Source of the DNA: Deltaproteobacteria bacterium
Lineage (GTDB): Bacteria; Myxococcota_A; Polyangia; Fen-1088
Direction: 5' to 3'
DNA: 64,000 nucleotides
Assembly: GCA_033763315.1 (NCBI GenBank)
Contig: JANRKS010000032.1
Location: forward strand, 591,589 to 655,588
In this document: positions 51,154 to 59,358 of the stretch, in pieces
Numbering within the stretch: position 1 is the stretch's first letter
How the letters are laid out: every line of letters starts with the position of its first letter
Translations under genes and position numbers: made by a program
Notes under the pieces: generated by a model
The model's database searches: none
What the model was told of the DNA's origin: nothing
Seen by the model: only the letters and a program-made list of their open reading frames with translations

Positions 51154-51905
51154 TGGCAAAGTCATTTTCTGTTTGCACAGGCGCGGCTGTGGCGATCCTA
51201 TGGCTGGTCTTGGGTTGTGGCCACAAGTCGCCAAGTGGCGCGCCCCAGGCGCCATCGGATGTGGATCGTAGGCCAGCAACACCCCCAAGCATCGAGTTGT
51301 TCAACGGCAAAGATCTTTCGGGATGGATCGTCGACGTGCCGGCCAAGGACGCAGGCGGCGACGTTCAAGATAGTTTCATCGTCCGCGATGGCATGCTTGT
51401 GAGCCGGGGCGAGCCTCGGGGACACCTCCTCACCGAGCGCCGGTTCAAAGATTACCAACTGACGGTTGAGTACCGCTTTGTGGGCGCCGGTGGCAATGGT
51501 GGTGTACTTGTCCACGCGTCCACCCCACGCGTTCTGTACAAGATGTTTCCCCGTTCGATCGAAGTGCAGCTGCAAAGCGGAGACGCCGGTGACTTTTGGT
51601 GCATTGGTGAGGACATCGCGGTCGACAACATGGAGACAAGACGCCCTCGCACGAAGGGCAACTCTTGGGGGGGCAAGGAAGGCGACGCCCGGCGCATCCT
51701 AAATTTGACGGATGGATCCGAACGTCCCCTGGGTCAATGGAACGTTATGGTTGTGCAAGCCCATGCCGATACGATTTCGGTTTGGGTCAACGGCGAATTG
51801 GTCAACCGTGGGTTTGGCGCCACGGCGCGTGAAGGGCAGATCGCCATTCAAGCCGAAGGCACAGAAATGGAGTTTCGAAAGTTGCAGCTAAGGCCACAGC
51901 TTTGA
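51153..51905 (+). CDS. DUF1080 (3-keto-glycoside lyase-like) lipoprotein
   Basis: Lipobox VLGC; LFNGKDLSGW; GNGGVLVH; SIEVQL; GQWN; IAIQAEG. Confidence 0.87.
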   Translation: MAKSFSVCTGAAVAILWLVLGCGHKSPSGAPQAPSDVDRRPATPPSIELFNGKDLSGWIVDVPAKDAGGDVQDSFIVRDGMLVSRGEPRGHLLTERRFKDYQLTVEYRFVGAGGNGGVLVHASTPRVLYKMFPRSIEVQLQSGDAGDFWCIGEDIAVDNMETRRPRTKGNSWGGKEGDARRILNLTDGSERPLGQWNVMVVQAHADTISVWVNGELVNRGFGATAREGQIAIQAEGTEMEFRKLQLRPQL

Positions 51906-51968
51906 CGGCCATCTACCTGCCATCAAACCTATTGGCTCTGTGCACTTCTTGCTGTGGCCGGCTGGGCG

Positions 51969-52415
51969 CTAATCATGCAGCTTGACGGCAATCGTCAACG
52001 GTTTTCCTTCGGACAATACCACAACGCTTTCTTCGAAGGTCGGGGCCGATAGTTTGTGAGTCACGTTGTTGCTGGTTCCCCACCATTCCTTGGGTATGCC
52101 AAACATGTTCGTATCGAGTTTTCCGTTGTTGTTCTCGTCGTGAACAACGGCCACCGCGTAACGGCCCGGGCCTAAGTTGGCAAAGCTACAAACCACGCGA
52201 TCCTGCGTTTTGTGCCTTTGTATTTTTGCGCGTTCGATCTGCGTTGGGAAACCCACGTTGCTTGAAAAAAGGGCGCACCCTACGTGGCCCTGACTGTTCC
52301 TGGGCGTGGTCACAACCACCTCCAGCGTTCCGGGTGTTTGTGCGAAAGCGACATTGCCTCCCGTTGCAGAAAAGGCCAACGCCATCACTGCGTTGCGAAT
52401 CGTTGTGCGTGTCAT
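51969..52415 (-). CDS. DUF2141 family exported protein
   Basis: Signal peptide; YAVAVVHDENNNGKLD...GIPKEWWGTSNN...PTFEE. Confidence 0.85.
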   Translation of the reverse strand: MTRTTIRNAVMALAFSATGGNVAFAQTPGTLEVVVTTPRNSQGHVGCALFSSNVGFPTQIERAKIQRHKTQDRVVCSFANLGPGRYAVAVVHDENNNGKLDTNMFGIPKEWWGTSNNVTHKLSAPTFEESVVVLSEGKPLTIAVKLHD

Positions 52416-52462
52416 CTTGTTCTCCTGTCTTCTCGGAAAATTCTCTAGATGTGTGACGTGGG

Positions 52463-53290
52463 CTACGCGGCCTTCAGCTGTGGCTTGGAAGCAGGGGCGA
52501 ACATCAAAGCCGAAACTTTCACCCCTTGCTTTCGCGACAAGAACCTGCCGCCTTGTGCCAGAATCAAGTTGCGACCACCGACGATGCGAGAGGGCCGATC
52601 ACATTGCATCGCCTGCAATACGGCTTTGACGACGGCGTGGATTGGCAGGGGCTTGCCCAGGATTCGCGCCGAGGGGGCGTGCGCCAGATCGCCCATGTTT
52701 TCGAGAAACGGAGTCTGCACGGGACCTGGGCAGATGGTTGTGACCCGCACCCCGTGCGGGCGGGCCTCGGCCCACAGGGCCTCACTCAAATGAACGAGAT
52801 ACGCCTTCGAGGCCGCGTATGCGGCCATGAAGGGTACGGCCTGCAGTCCGGCGCTTGAAGCGATGTTTACGATGGTTCCGGCCCTGCGCTTGATCATGTC
52901 TGGCAGCACCGCGCGGCTGAGCAGCGTGGGCGCGATGGCGTTCACCGTGAGCATCTGCGCCAGCAAGTCAGACGACGCGCTGGTGAATTCACCATAAGTA
53001 CCGAAACCCGCATTGTTAACCAGGAGGTCGATCGGGCGCGCCAGCTTTTGCAAGACTTCGCCCAGTGCCTGCGCGCCGCGCGTGGTGGCCAAATCCGCAG
53101 GCAGCACTTGAACCGAAATGCCATAGGCGGTGCCGATCTCATTGGCCAAATCTGCAAGTTTGGCTTGCGACCGCGCCGTGAGTACCAGGTCGAACCCCTG
53201 TTGTCCGAGCTCCCATGCCAAGGCTTTGCCGATGCCAGAGGAGGCCCCGGTGATGACCGCCAGTTTTTTCGCGAGAACATCGCTCTTCAT
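52463..53290 (-). CDS. Short-chain dehydrogenase/reductase
   Basis: ITGASSGIG, LVNNAGFG, YAASK, CPGPVQT. Confidence 0.93.
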   Translation of the reverse strand: MKSDVLAKKLAVITGASSGIGKALAWELGQQGFDLVLTARSQAKLADLANEIGTAYGISVQVLPADLATTRGAQALGEVLQKLARPIDLLVNNAGFGTYGEFTSASSDLLAQMLTVNAIAPTLLSRAVLPDMIKRRAGTIVNIASSAGLQAVPFMAAYAASKAYLVHLSEALWAEARPHGVRVTTICPGPVQTPFLENMGDLAHAPSARILGKPLPIHAVVKAVLQAMQCDRPSRIVGGRNLILAQGGRFLSRKQGVKVSALMFAPASKPQLKAA

Positions 53291-53318
53291 GTTGCGCGCC
53301 TTTCTGTCTGAGTTTGAA

Positions 53319-53381
53319 AAAGTAGACACTGTCTGAATCAACTAGACAGTGTCTACTTTGAAAACTTGACGGCGTCAAGTT
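53319..53381. promoter_or_regulatory. Three palindromic operator-like sites, likely TetR-bound
   Basis: TAGACACTGTCT, TAGACAGTGTCTA and AACTTGACGGCGTCAAGTT; the first two also form a perfect 16-bp inverted repeat. Confidence 0.75.
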
Positions 53382-53577
53382 GGTCGGGCGACCTTCGTTT
53401 CATGGTCCCTCCCGACATCAATGCCGTGCCAAAGGCGCACTCGACGACTGAAGTGCGCCATCGATCCTCGCGTTACGTATCGGCCTCTGTAGCTTGCTTC
53501 GAGTAACGTTCAGCGGACAATTCAGCGTTTTCGCTTCGTCATCACTCGTAACTCCGTAGGCCGGTGGGGCCCAGGGG

Positions 53578-53594
53578 TTGGCCTGTTTCTTGCG
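53578..53594 (+). promoter_or_regulatory. Putative sigma54 promoter
   Basis: TTGGCCTGTTTCTTGCG matches GG-N10-GC with TTGC. Confidence 0.5.
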
Positions 53595-53660
53595 TGATGT
53601 CGTCTATGCATGCGACCCACGTCCTTGGGTTGACGGCTTCAAAACACGGAGGAGATACGA

Positions 53661-54047
53661 ATGAATTTCAAACACACTTGCTGTCGGTTGTTGCTTGGTT
53701 TCGCGGTCATTGGTTGCACCACGCTCTCGCTTGACAATGTGGTTCATGCCGACGATTTAACGGCCGGGGCCTCGGCCGAGGATCACCATGCGAAGGCACG
53801 CATCTATCGGGATCGCGCAAAAGCCTACCGGGAAGAGGCCGCGCAGAGCCGGGCCGAAGCAAAGAACAACCGTGAGGCGACCAACCAAAAAGGCCGCCGC
53901 GTTGTGACTCCCGAAAATCTCGAACTGGCAGCCGACCTGGAACAGATGGCCAAAGACGACGAAGTGTTGGCAAAAGATGCCGATAGGATCGCCGCGTATC
54001 ACGAACGGGTGGCGCAGAAGCTCAACCAACAGGCAAGCAAACGCTGA
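53661..54047 (+). CDS. Small exported alpha-helical protein
   Basis: RBS GGAGGAG; signal peptide ending VHA; DHHAKARIY...AAYHE helical hairpin. Confidence 0.75.
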   Translation: MNFKHTCCRLLLGFAVIGCTTLSLDNVVHADDLTAGASAEDHHAKARIYRDRAKAYREEAAQSRAEAKNNREATNQKGRRVVTPENLELAADLEQMAKDDEVLAKDADRIAAYHERVAQKLNQQASKR

Positions 54048-54233
54048 GTCTAAAGCGGAGCAATCGACGAGTTCCGGTGGGCGGTAAGCCAGGCACGTGA
54101 TTGGCCTTTTCCTGGCGCCCACGACAGCGACGTTGATTTCGCGCGCCCTCGTGTCACACCCGTCTGCGTCGTCTAGACAGTGTCTACTTTGGCGGGCTTG
54201 ACAGCGTCAAGCCGGTCGGGCGAAGTTCGTCTC

Positions 54234-54848
54234 ATGCCCCGCACCGCAGCAGCTTCAAAACCCGAAGATCTTCGCCAGGCCGTCCTCGACGCGAGCGTTA
54301 AACTCATAGAGTCTGAAGGCCTGGCGGCATTGAGCTTAAGGAGGGTGGCCAAGGAGGCGGGGGTGAGCCACCAGGCGCCCTACCATCACTTTGCGAACCG
54401 AGAGGCGATCTTCGCGGCGATCGCGCATGAGGGATTCGCGGGTTTGGCCCACGCCACGCGAGAGGCGACGCGGGTAAAGTCTGCGCGTGCGCGCGTGCGT
54501 GCGGCGGTGCGTGCCTACGTCCGGATCGCCATGGAACGACCAGCGCATTTTCGCATCATGTTTCGCCCCGAGCTCGTCAACCTGATGAACCACAGTGATG
54601 CCAAGGATGCCGCTCACGATGCGTACGCCGCGCTCGTTGCTTTGGGACAAAGCCTCAAGGACGATCGGGTGGCAGCAGGCCTATCAACCCAAGCGATTGT
54701 CGACACCTTGTGGTCCGCCTGTCACGGCGCCGCCAGCTTGGTGCTGGACGGACTCTATTCGGGGGCAAAGGAAGCGGACCCAGATGCCGTTGCGTTTGGA
54801 GATCGCGTGGCGGACTCGATGGCAAGATTGATGTCCATCGACGGCTAA
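54234..54848 (+). CDS. TetR family regulator (WHG-type C-terminus)
   Basis: LSLRRVAKEAGVSHQAPYHHF; PAHFRIMF; WSACHG. Confidence 0.93.
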   Translation: MPRTAAASKPEDLRQAVLDASVKLIESEGLAALSLRRVAKEAGVSHQAPYHHFANREAIFAAIAHEGFAGLAHATREATRVKSARARVRAAVRAYVRIAMERPAHFRIMFRPELVNLMNHSDAKDAAHDAYAALVALGQSLKDDRVAAGLSTQAIVDTLWSACHGAASLVLDGLYSGAKEADPDAVAFGDRVADSMARLMSIDG

Positions 54849-54952
54849 GGTTTGCCCCCGACAAGGGGGGCTATACGGGGGCGTCTCACAAAGTTTACAG
54901 TCCGCCACTTGTAACAGGCAGTGACTTTGGGCAAGCTGCGCGGCGAACATCA

Positions 54953-57900
54953 ATGCATCGCCACAATAACCCCATCTTAGTCACTCTGTTTGTCGTCCTC
55001 GCCGGCTGTGGCGGCGGCAACAAGGAACCCGGGGGCGCGGGCCTCCAGCTGACCCTACTGTCACCTGGGCCGAACGAAACGGTGGCGCCACTGTTCAACG
55101 CGCAGGCGAAAGTCGCTGGGGGAAAGCCGCCCTACAAAGTCGAATTCCTGATTGGCGAGGGACCCATGGGGGTCGTGGTGGAAGCTGAGCCCTACGTGGC
55201 CCTCCTTGACGCGGAGGAGGTGGGCGTCAGTCCTTTGCGGCTACGCGCCAAGGTCACGGATGCCGCTGGCGCAACCGCCACAACCGACGTGCTGGTTAAG
55301 GTAGGCTGGGGGCTTCAAGTGGGGAACGCGCCGCCGAAGGTGAACCTTGTTTACCCCGCGAACGCCTCGGAAGTTTGCGGCACGGTGCAAGTCTTGGCGG
55401 TTGCCCAGGACGATGGTGAAAAGGCTGCCAAGGTGCAGTTCCATCTAGACGGAAACGCCGTCTTCGAATCAACCCAAGCGCCTCACAAATGGGACTGGCC
55501 AACCCAGGACGGTGCAAAAGGGACGCACGTTCTCAAAGTTACGGCGACCGATGAACAAGGCCTATTGAGTGCCGCATCTGTCACTGTGACGGTGAAGAGT
55601 GGCAAGGCCTGTGACCTTGCGCCTTCCGTGCTCGTGACCTCGCCGAAAGCGCAAGCGGCTGTACGCGGCTCATCGGATGTCAAAACGCTGGCGACTGACG
55701 ATGTAGGCGTGCAGGAGGTCCAATTCTTTATAGACGGTTCGATGATTGGCCGCGACGACAAGACCCCGTTTGAGATGACGTGGAACACGGATGAGTTCGT
55801 GGAGGGGCCCCACACATTGCGGGCGCTCGCAACAGACACAACTTCGCAGCAGACTCGTGACGATGTGACGGTCATCGTAGATCGAACACCGCCCACCGTT
55901 GAGATTGTGTCGCCCGACGAATCAACAGTTCATGATGGGGTGTTCCAAGTTGAGGTAAAGGCCTCCGACAAAGGCGGGATCTTCGGCGTTCGCCTAAGCC
56001 TGGCGAAAGACGGAGTGGTGGTACACAAAGTCGGCGCTTTGGGCCGGGGGCCGTATCGCTTCGAGGTAGACGGCAAAGCAGTCGTCGGCGGTGAGTACGA
56101 GTTGCTGGCCGAGGCTCGCGACACTGTGGGGCTTACCGCGCAAGCCTCGCGCAGGATAGCCGTTGGTGGCATGAACGCGAAGGCGTGCGTTACAAACAGT
56201 GAATGCGCCTCCGGATTCTGCACGGATGGCGTTTGTTGCAACGCCGAGTGTGGTGGCAAATGCACAGCCTGCAATTTGCCCAGCAGCGTTGGACAATGTG
56301 CGGCGATCAAATCCGCCGAAGACGTGGGCACTTGCGAAGGAAGAAACTCTTGCGACTCGCAAGGAAGCTGCCGCCTGAAGCAGGGCGAAGGCTGCAAGTT
56401 CGACGCCGACTGTGCTTCGGGATTCTGCACTGACGGCTTTTGTTGCGAATCAAAGTGCGCTGACGCCTGCGTTGTCTGTTCCAATCCCGAGAAGCGCGGG
56501 CAGTGTGTGCCGCTCCCCGCATTGGCCAAGGATGGGCCTATGTGCATCGCGGAGGGCTCGGCCTGTGATGGTGCAGGCGTCTGCAAAACGCTTAAGGGGG
56601 CGTGTGCGGCGAATGCAGAATGCGCTTCGGGCCAATGTCGCGAAGGTTCTTGCTGCTCTGATTTATCCTGCGCGCCTGTCTTGTCCTGGGTGGGCGTGTA
56701 CACCAGCTCTGCGATGACATGGGTCAACGGTGTGGCCGCCATCGCTTCCACCGACGTGGTTGTGGCAGGTACCGCCAGCGCGTACAGCTTCGACTTCGAC
56801 CCGACACCAGGCACGGTGGCAACCCGATTTCCCAACTTCAACAACGCTGCGTTTGTTCAAAGGCTGAGCGCGAACGGTTCCCTCGTCTGGGGGCACCTCA
56901 TAGGAAGTTCGAATTCCTTCGGACAAGCTCAGGCGGCATCCGTGGTTGTCAAAGGCGATGACGTCTATGTGGCTGGGACGTTTGCGGGCCTTGTTGATTT
57001 CGATCCGGGATTGCTCACCGCCAGCTTGAGTTCCGTTGGGGGGCTCAACTCCTGGGATGCATTCCTGCTCAAACTGGATGGGGCGGGCGCGTTCAAGTGG
57101 GTTATCCCGATTCTCGCGGGGTCCGCCAGCACTCCCTTGATCCATGACGTTGCCATCGGACCTGACGGTGAGCCGGTCGTCCTGGGGCAGATTCCTTCGA
57201 CCGTCGACATAGATCCCTCACCTCAGCAGACGCTGCTCTCATCCGCGCAGGGAAACACCTTCGTCGCAAAGTACAGTGCCGAGGGCGTATTGAGATGGGG
57301 CCGCGCATTCACGCAAGCCACACAGCCACGCTCCCGGTTGGCTGTTGGGCCCGCTGGCGAAATCATCCTCGCTGGCGCATTCGCAGCGACGGTTGATCTT
57401 GATCCAGGGGAGGGTGTGGAGTCTCGCACCAGCGTGGGCGCCAAAGACGCTTTCGTAACGAAGCTTTCTGCAGTTGGAGGTTACGTCTGGTCTCGATCGT
57501 TTGGTGGCGCAGGCGATGAATTCGCGGCCGCTACAGTTGATGGCACGGGAAACGTGTACGTCACCGGCGGATTCACAGGGTTGGTTAAACTGGATCCCTC
57601 CGAGGCGAATGCTTCCGGTACGCCGCTGCCGAGTTACTCGGCCTACGTGTTGAAATACGATCCTGCCGGCAACTACCTTTGGTCCAAAACGCTCTCAGCC
57701 GAAAGTTTGGTTAGTGGCCGGAATCTTGTTCCAAATGCCGCCGGAGACGGGGTTGTGGTTGCGGGCATCTTTGGGGGAGAGCTTGATTTCGATCCGGGGG
57801 CAGGCTCCCTGCGGATCCGGGCCGCGGCCGGAATTGACAACTTCGCTCTGCGTTTAACGGCTGACGGCACATTTGTGTGGGCACGCGCGTGGGGAGCCGC

Positions 57901-58069
57901 TGAAAGTTCCACCTCCGTTTCGATGGGGCCTGGCCCGGGAAGCACCTTGTACTTTGCCGGTTCCTTTCGAGGTCTCAGTTTCCCGATCGATTTCGATCCC
58001 TCGAACAACATTCGGATCGCGTCCTCGAACAGTTCGGCAAATGGATACGTGGTTCGTTGGGATCCCTAA
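54953..58069 (+). CDS. Large lipoprotein: four Ig-like (Big) domains, Cys-rich repeats, SBBP-like beta-propeller
   Basis: Lipobox LAGC; repeated P-x-V-x(3)-P...V-x-F-x-DG...ATD; three C(x5)CASGxCxxGxCC repeats; DFDPG and G-x-x-x-W repeats. Confidence 0.82.
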   Translation: MHRHNNPILVTLFVVLAGCGGGNKEPGGAGLQLTLLSPGPNETVAPLFNAQAKVAGGKPPYKVEFLIGEGPMGVVVEAEPYVALLDAEEVGVSPLRLRAKVTDAAGATATTDVLVKVGWGLQVGNAPPKVNLVYPANASEVCGTVQVLAVAQDDGEKAAKVQFHLDGNAVFESTQAPHKWDWPTQDGAKGTHVLKVTATDEQGLLSAASVTVTVKSGKACDLAPSVLVTSPKAQAAVRGSSDVKTLATDDVGVQEVQFFIDGSMIGRDDKTPFEMTWNTDEFVEGPHTLRALATDTTSQQTRDDVTVIVDRTPPTVEIVSPDESTVHDGVFQVEVKASDKGGIFGVRLSLAKDGVVVHKVGALGRGPYRFEVDGKAVVGGEYELLAEARDTVGLTAQASRRIAVGGMNAKACVTNSECASGFCTDGVCCNAECGGKCTACNLPSSVGQCAAIKSAEDVGTCEGRNSCDSQGSCRLKQGEGCKFDADCASGFCTDGFCCESKCADACVVCSNPEKRGQCVPLPALAKDGPMCIAEGSACDGAGVCKTLKGACAANAECASGQCREGSCCSDLSCAPVLSWVGVYTSSAMTWVNGVAAIASTDVVVAGTASAYSFDFDPTPGTVATRFPNFNNAAFVQRLSANGSLVWGHLIGSSNSFGQAQAASVVVKGDDVYVAGTFAGLVDFDPGLLTASLSSVGGLNSWDAFLLKLDGAGAFKWVIPILAGSASTPLIHDVAIGPDGEPVVLGQIPSTVDIDPSPQQTLLSSAQGNTFVAKYSAEGVLRWGRAFTQATQPRSRLAVGPAGEIILAGAFAATVDLDPGEGVESRTSVGAKDAFVTKLSAVGGYVWSRSFGGAGDEFAAATVDGTGNVYVTGGFTGLVKLDPSEANASGTPLPSYSAYVLKYDPAGNYLWSKTLSAESLVSGRNLVPNAAGDGVVVAGIFGGELDFDPGAGSLRIRAAAGIDNFALRLTADGTFVWARAWGAAESSTSVSMGPGPGSTLYFAGSFRGLSFPIDFDPSNNIRIASSNSSANGYVVRWDP

Positions 58070-58098
58070 CCTCGCAGCACATACGAATTGGCTCAGTC

Positions 58099-59157
58099 AT
58101 GAAATCGCAGATACTCAAAGCAAGCTTTCTTCTTCTCCTAGGCTGTGGGGGTGACGATGGAATGTCCCCAATGTCGAATCTTGGCGATGGCGGCGCGCCA
58201 ATAGATGACACAGGGGCTGCCGCGGAGCCTGTGGCACATCAAGACAAGATCCCTTGGGACTGGCCCAATGAAGGTTCCGTTACGGGCGGCACAGGAGGAA
58301 CCACGAGCCCGCTCGGGGGCCAGGGCGGAACCGCAGTCGTATCCTTGGTATCGAACACGCCGGGCGCAGTGTTTGAAAACGCGAGTGTAGGCCAAGGCCA
58401 GAGCATTCGCCTGTTGAGCTCGAACCTGTTGATCGACGCTCCACCGCGCGCCTTGTTCTCGCGTTGGTTCGCGGAGGTTCGCAACGAATCTGGCGCACCG
58501 CTTTGTCTCATCAAATTCGTTGTTCGGTTCGAGGATGGCAACAAGGTGCAGCTGCTGGCCCTTGACGGCTTCCTTGATGGCGCCGGTTACAAAACGTCCG
58601 CGTCCTCCTCGCTGACCACAAAGTGCATTGGAGCGGCCATGCCATCAGCGGGGTGGACCATCAAGCAAGGTGGGACGTATTTCGAGGCGAGCCGAGTCAA
58701 GCGGGTCGTGTATAGCTTCACGCCTTTCGATTACGCCGGATTGACGGTGATCCCCCACCCGAACCACCCTATCGTAGAGGCGAAGGCCAAAGGCAAAGCC
58801 ATCGAAGGCCAACTCAAGGCCAAAGGCACGATCTACAACATCGGGCTGACTTTTTATCCCGTAATGGCGAACGGTTTGATCGAGGAGTACCTGTCAGACA
58901 CTCACCTTGACACCCTGTTCGCAGGATCTACGTGGTTGTTCGAGACACTCGAAGCGCCCTCGCCCTTCGTAAGGTACTTGAGCCTCACGAGCTGGATTGA
59001 AGGCGCCAAGTCTGCCTTCTCCGTTCCAACCACGCCTGAAGGAAGTCGTTGGCTTGATGCGATGACATGGCATCAAGCGCGCCAAAACCTTTGGGCGAAG
59101 CGCAAACAAGGTGCCGCGCAAACGTTTGCTCCGAACCGGCTGAACTTGACTCAATAA
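58099..59157 (+). CDS. Hypothetical lipoprotein
   Basis: Lipobox LLGC; G/T-rich linker; two beta-rich domains. Confidence 0.7.
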   Translation: MKSQILKASFLLLLGCGGDDGMSPMSNLGDGGAPIDDTGAAAEPVAHQDKIPWDWPNEGSVTGGTGGTTSPLGGQGGTAVVSLVSNTPGAVFENASVGQGQSIRLLSSNLLIDAPPRALFSRWFAEVRNESGAPLCLIKFVVRFEDGNKVQLLALDGFLDGAGYKTSASSSLTTKCIGAAMPSAGWTIKQGGTYFEASRVKRVVYSFTPFDYAGLTVIPHPNHPIVEAKAKGKAIEGQLKAKGTIYNIGLTFYPVMANGLIEEYLSDTHLDTLFAGSTWLFETLEAPSPFVRYLSLTSWIEGAKSAFSVPTTPEGSRWLDAMTWHQARQNLWAKRKQGAAQTFAPNRLNLTQ

Positions 59158-59358
59158 CCAAAGCGCTGAATTCGACTCTGCTTCAAGGTCTGGTGTCTAG
59201 CCTGCGCATTGTCGAAGCTGCTCACCATAGCCGCAGCCCCGATACTGTATGGGATGAGGCCTTCGAAAGCTGAGATGCGCCAAAGGGTGCGCATATCGTT
59301 CACGCTGCGAAAACAATTTGGCCGGATTTGCGTTGCGGTGACGTCATGACCTTGTCAT

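Larger units (their letters stand above)
53342..54236 (+). repeat. ~63-bp imperfect direct repeat, copies at 53342-53404 and 54173-54236
   Basis: ctagacagtgtctactttg-N4/5-cttgacRgcgtcaag-YYggtcgggcga-NNttcgtYtcatg in both copies. Confidence 0.85.

Noticed and set aside
53402-53506. tetR pseudogene after the first repeat copy
   Set aside because: The 34-codon ORF from the orphan ATG shows no similarity to the TetR N-terminus.
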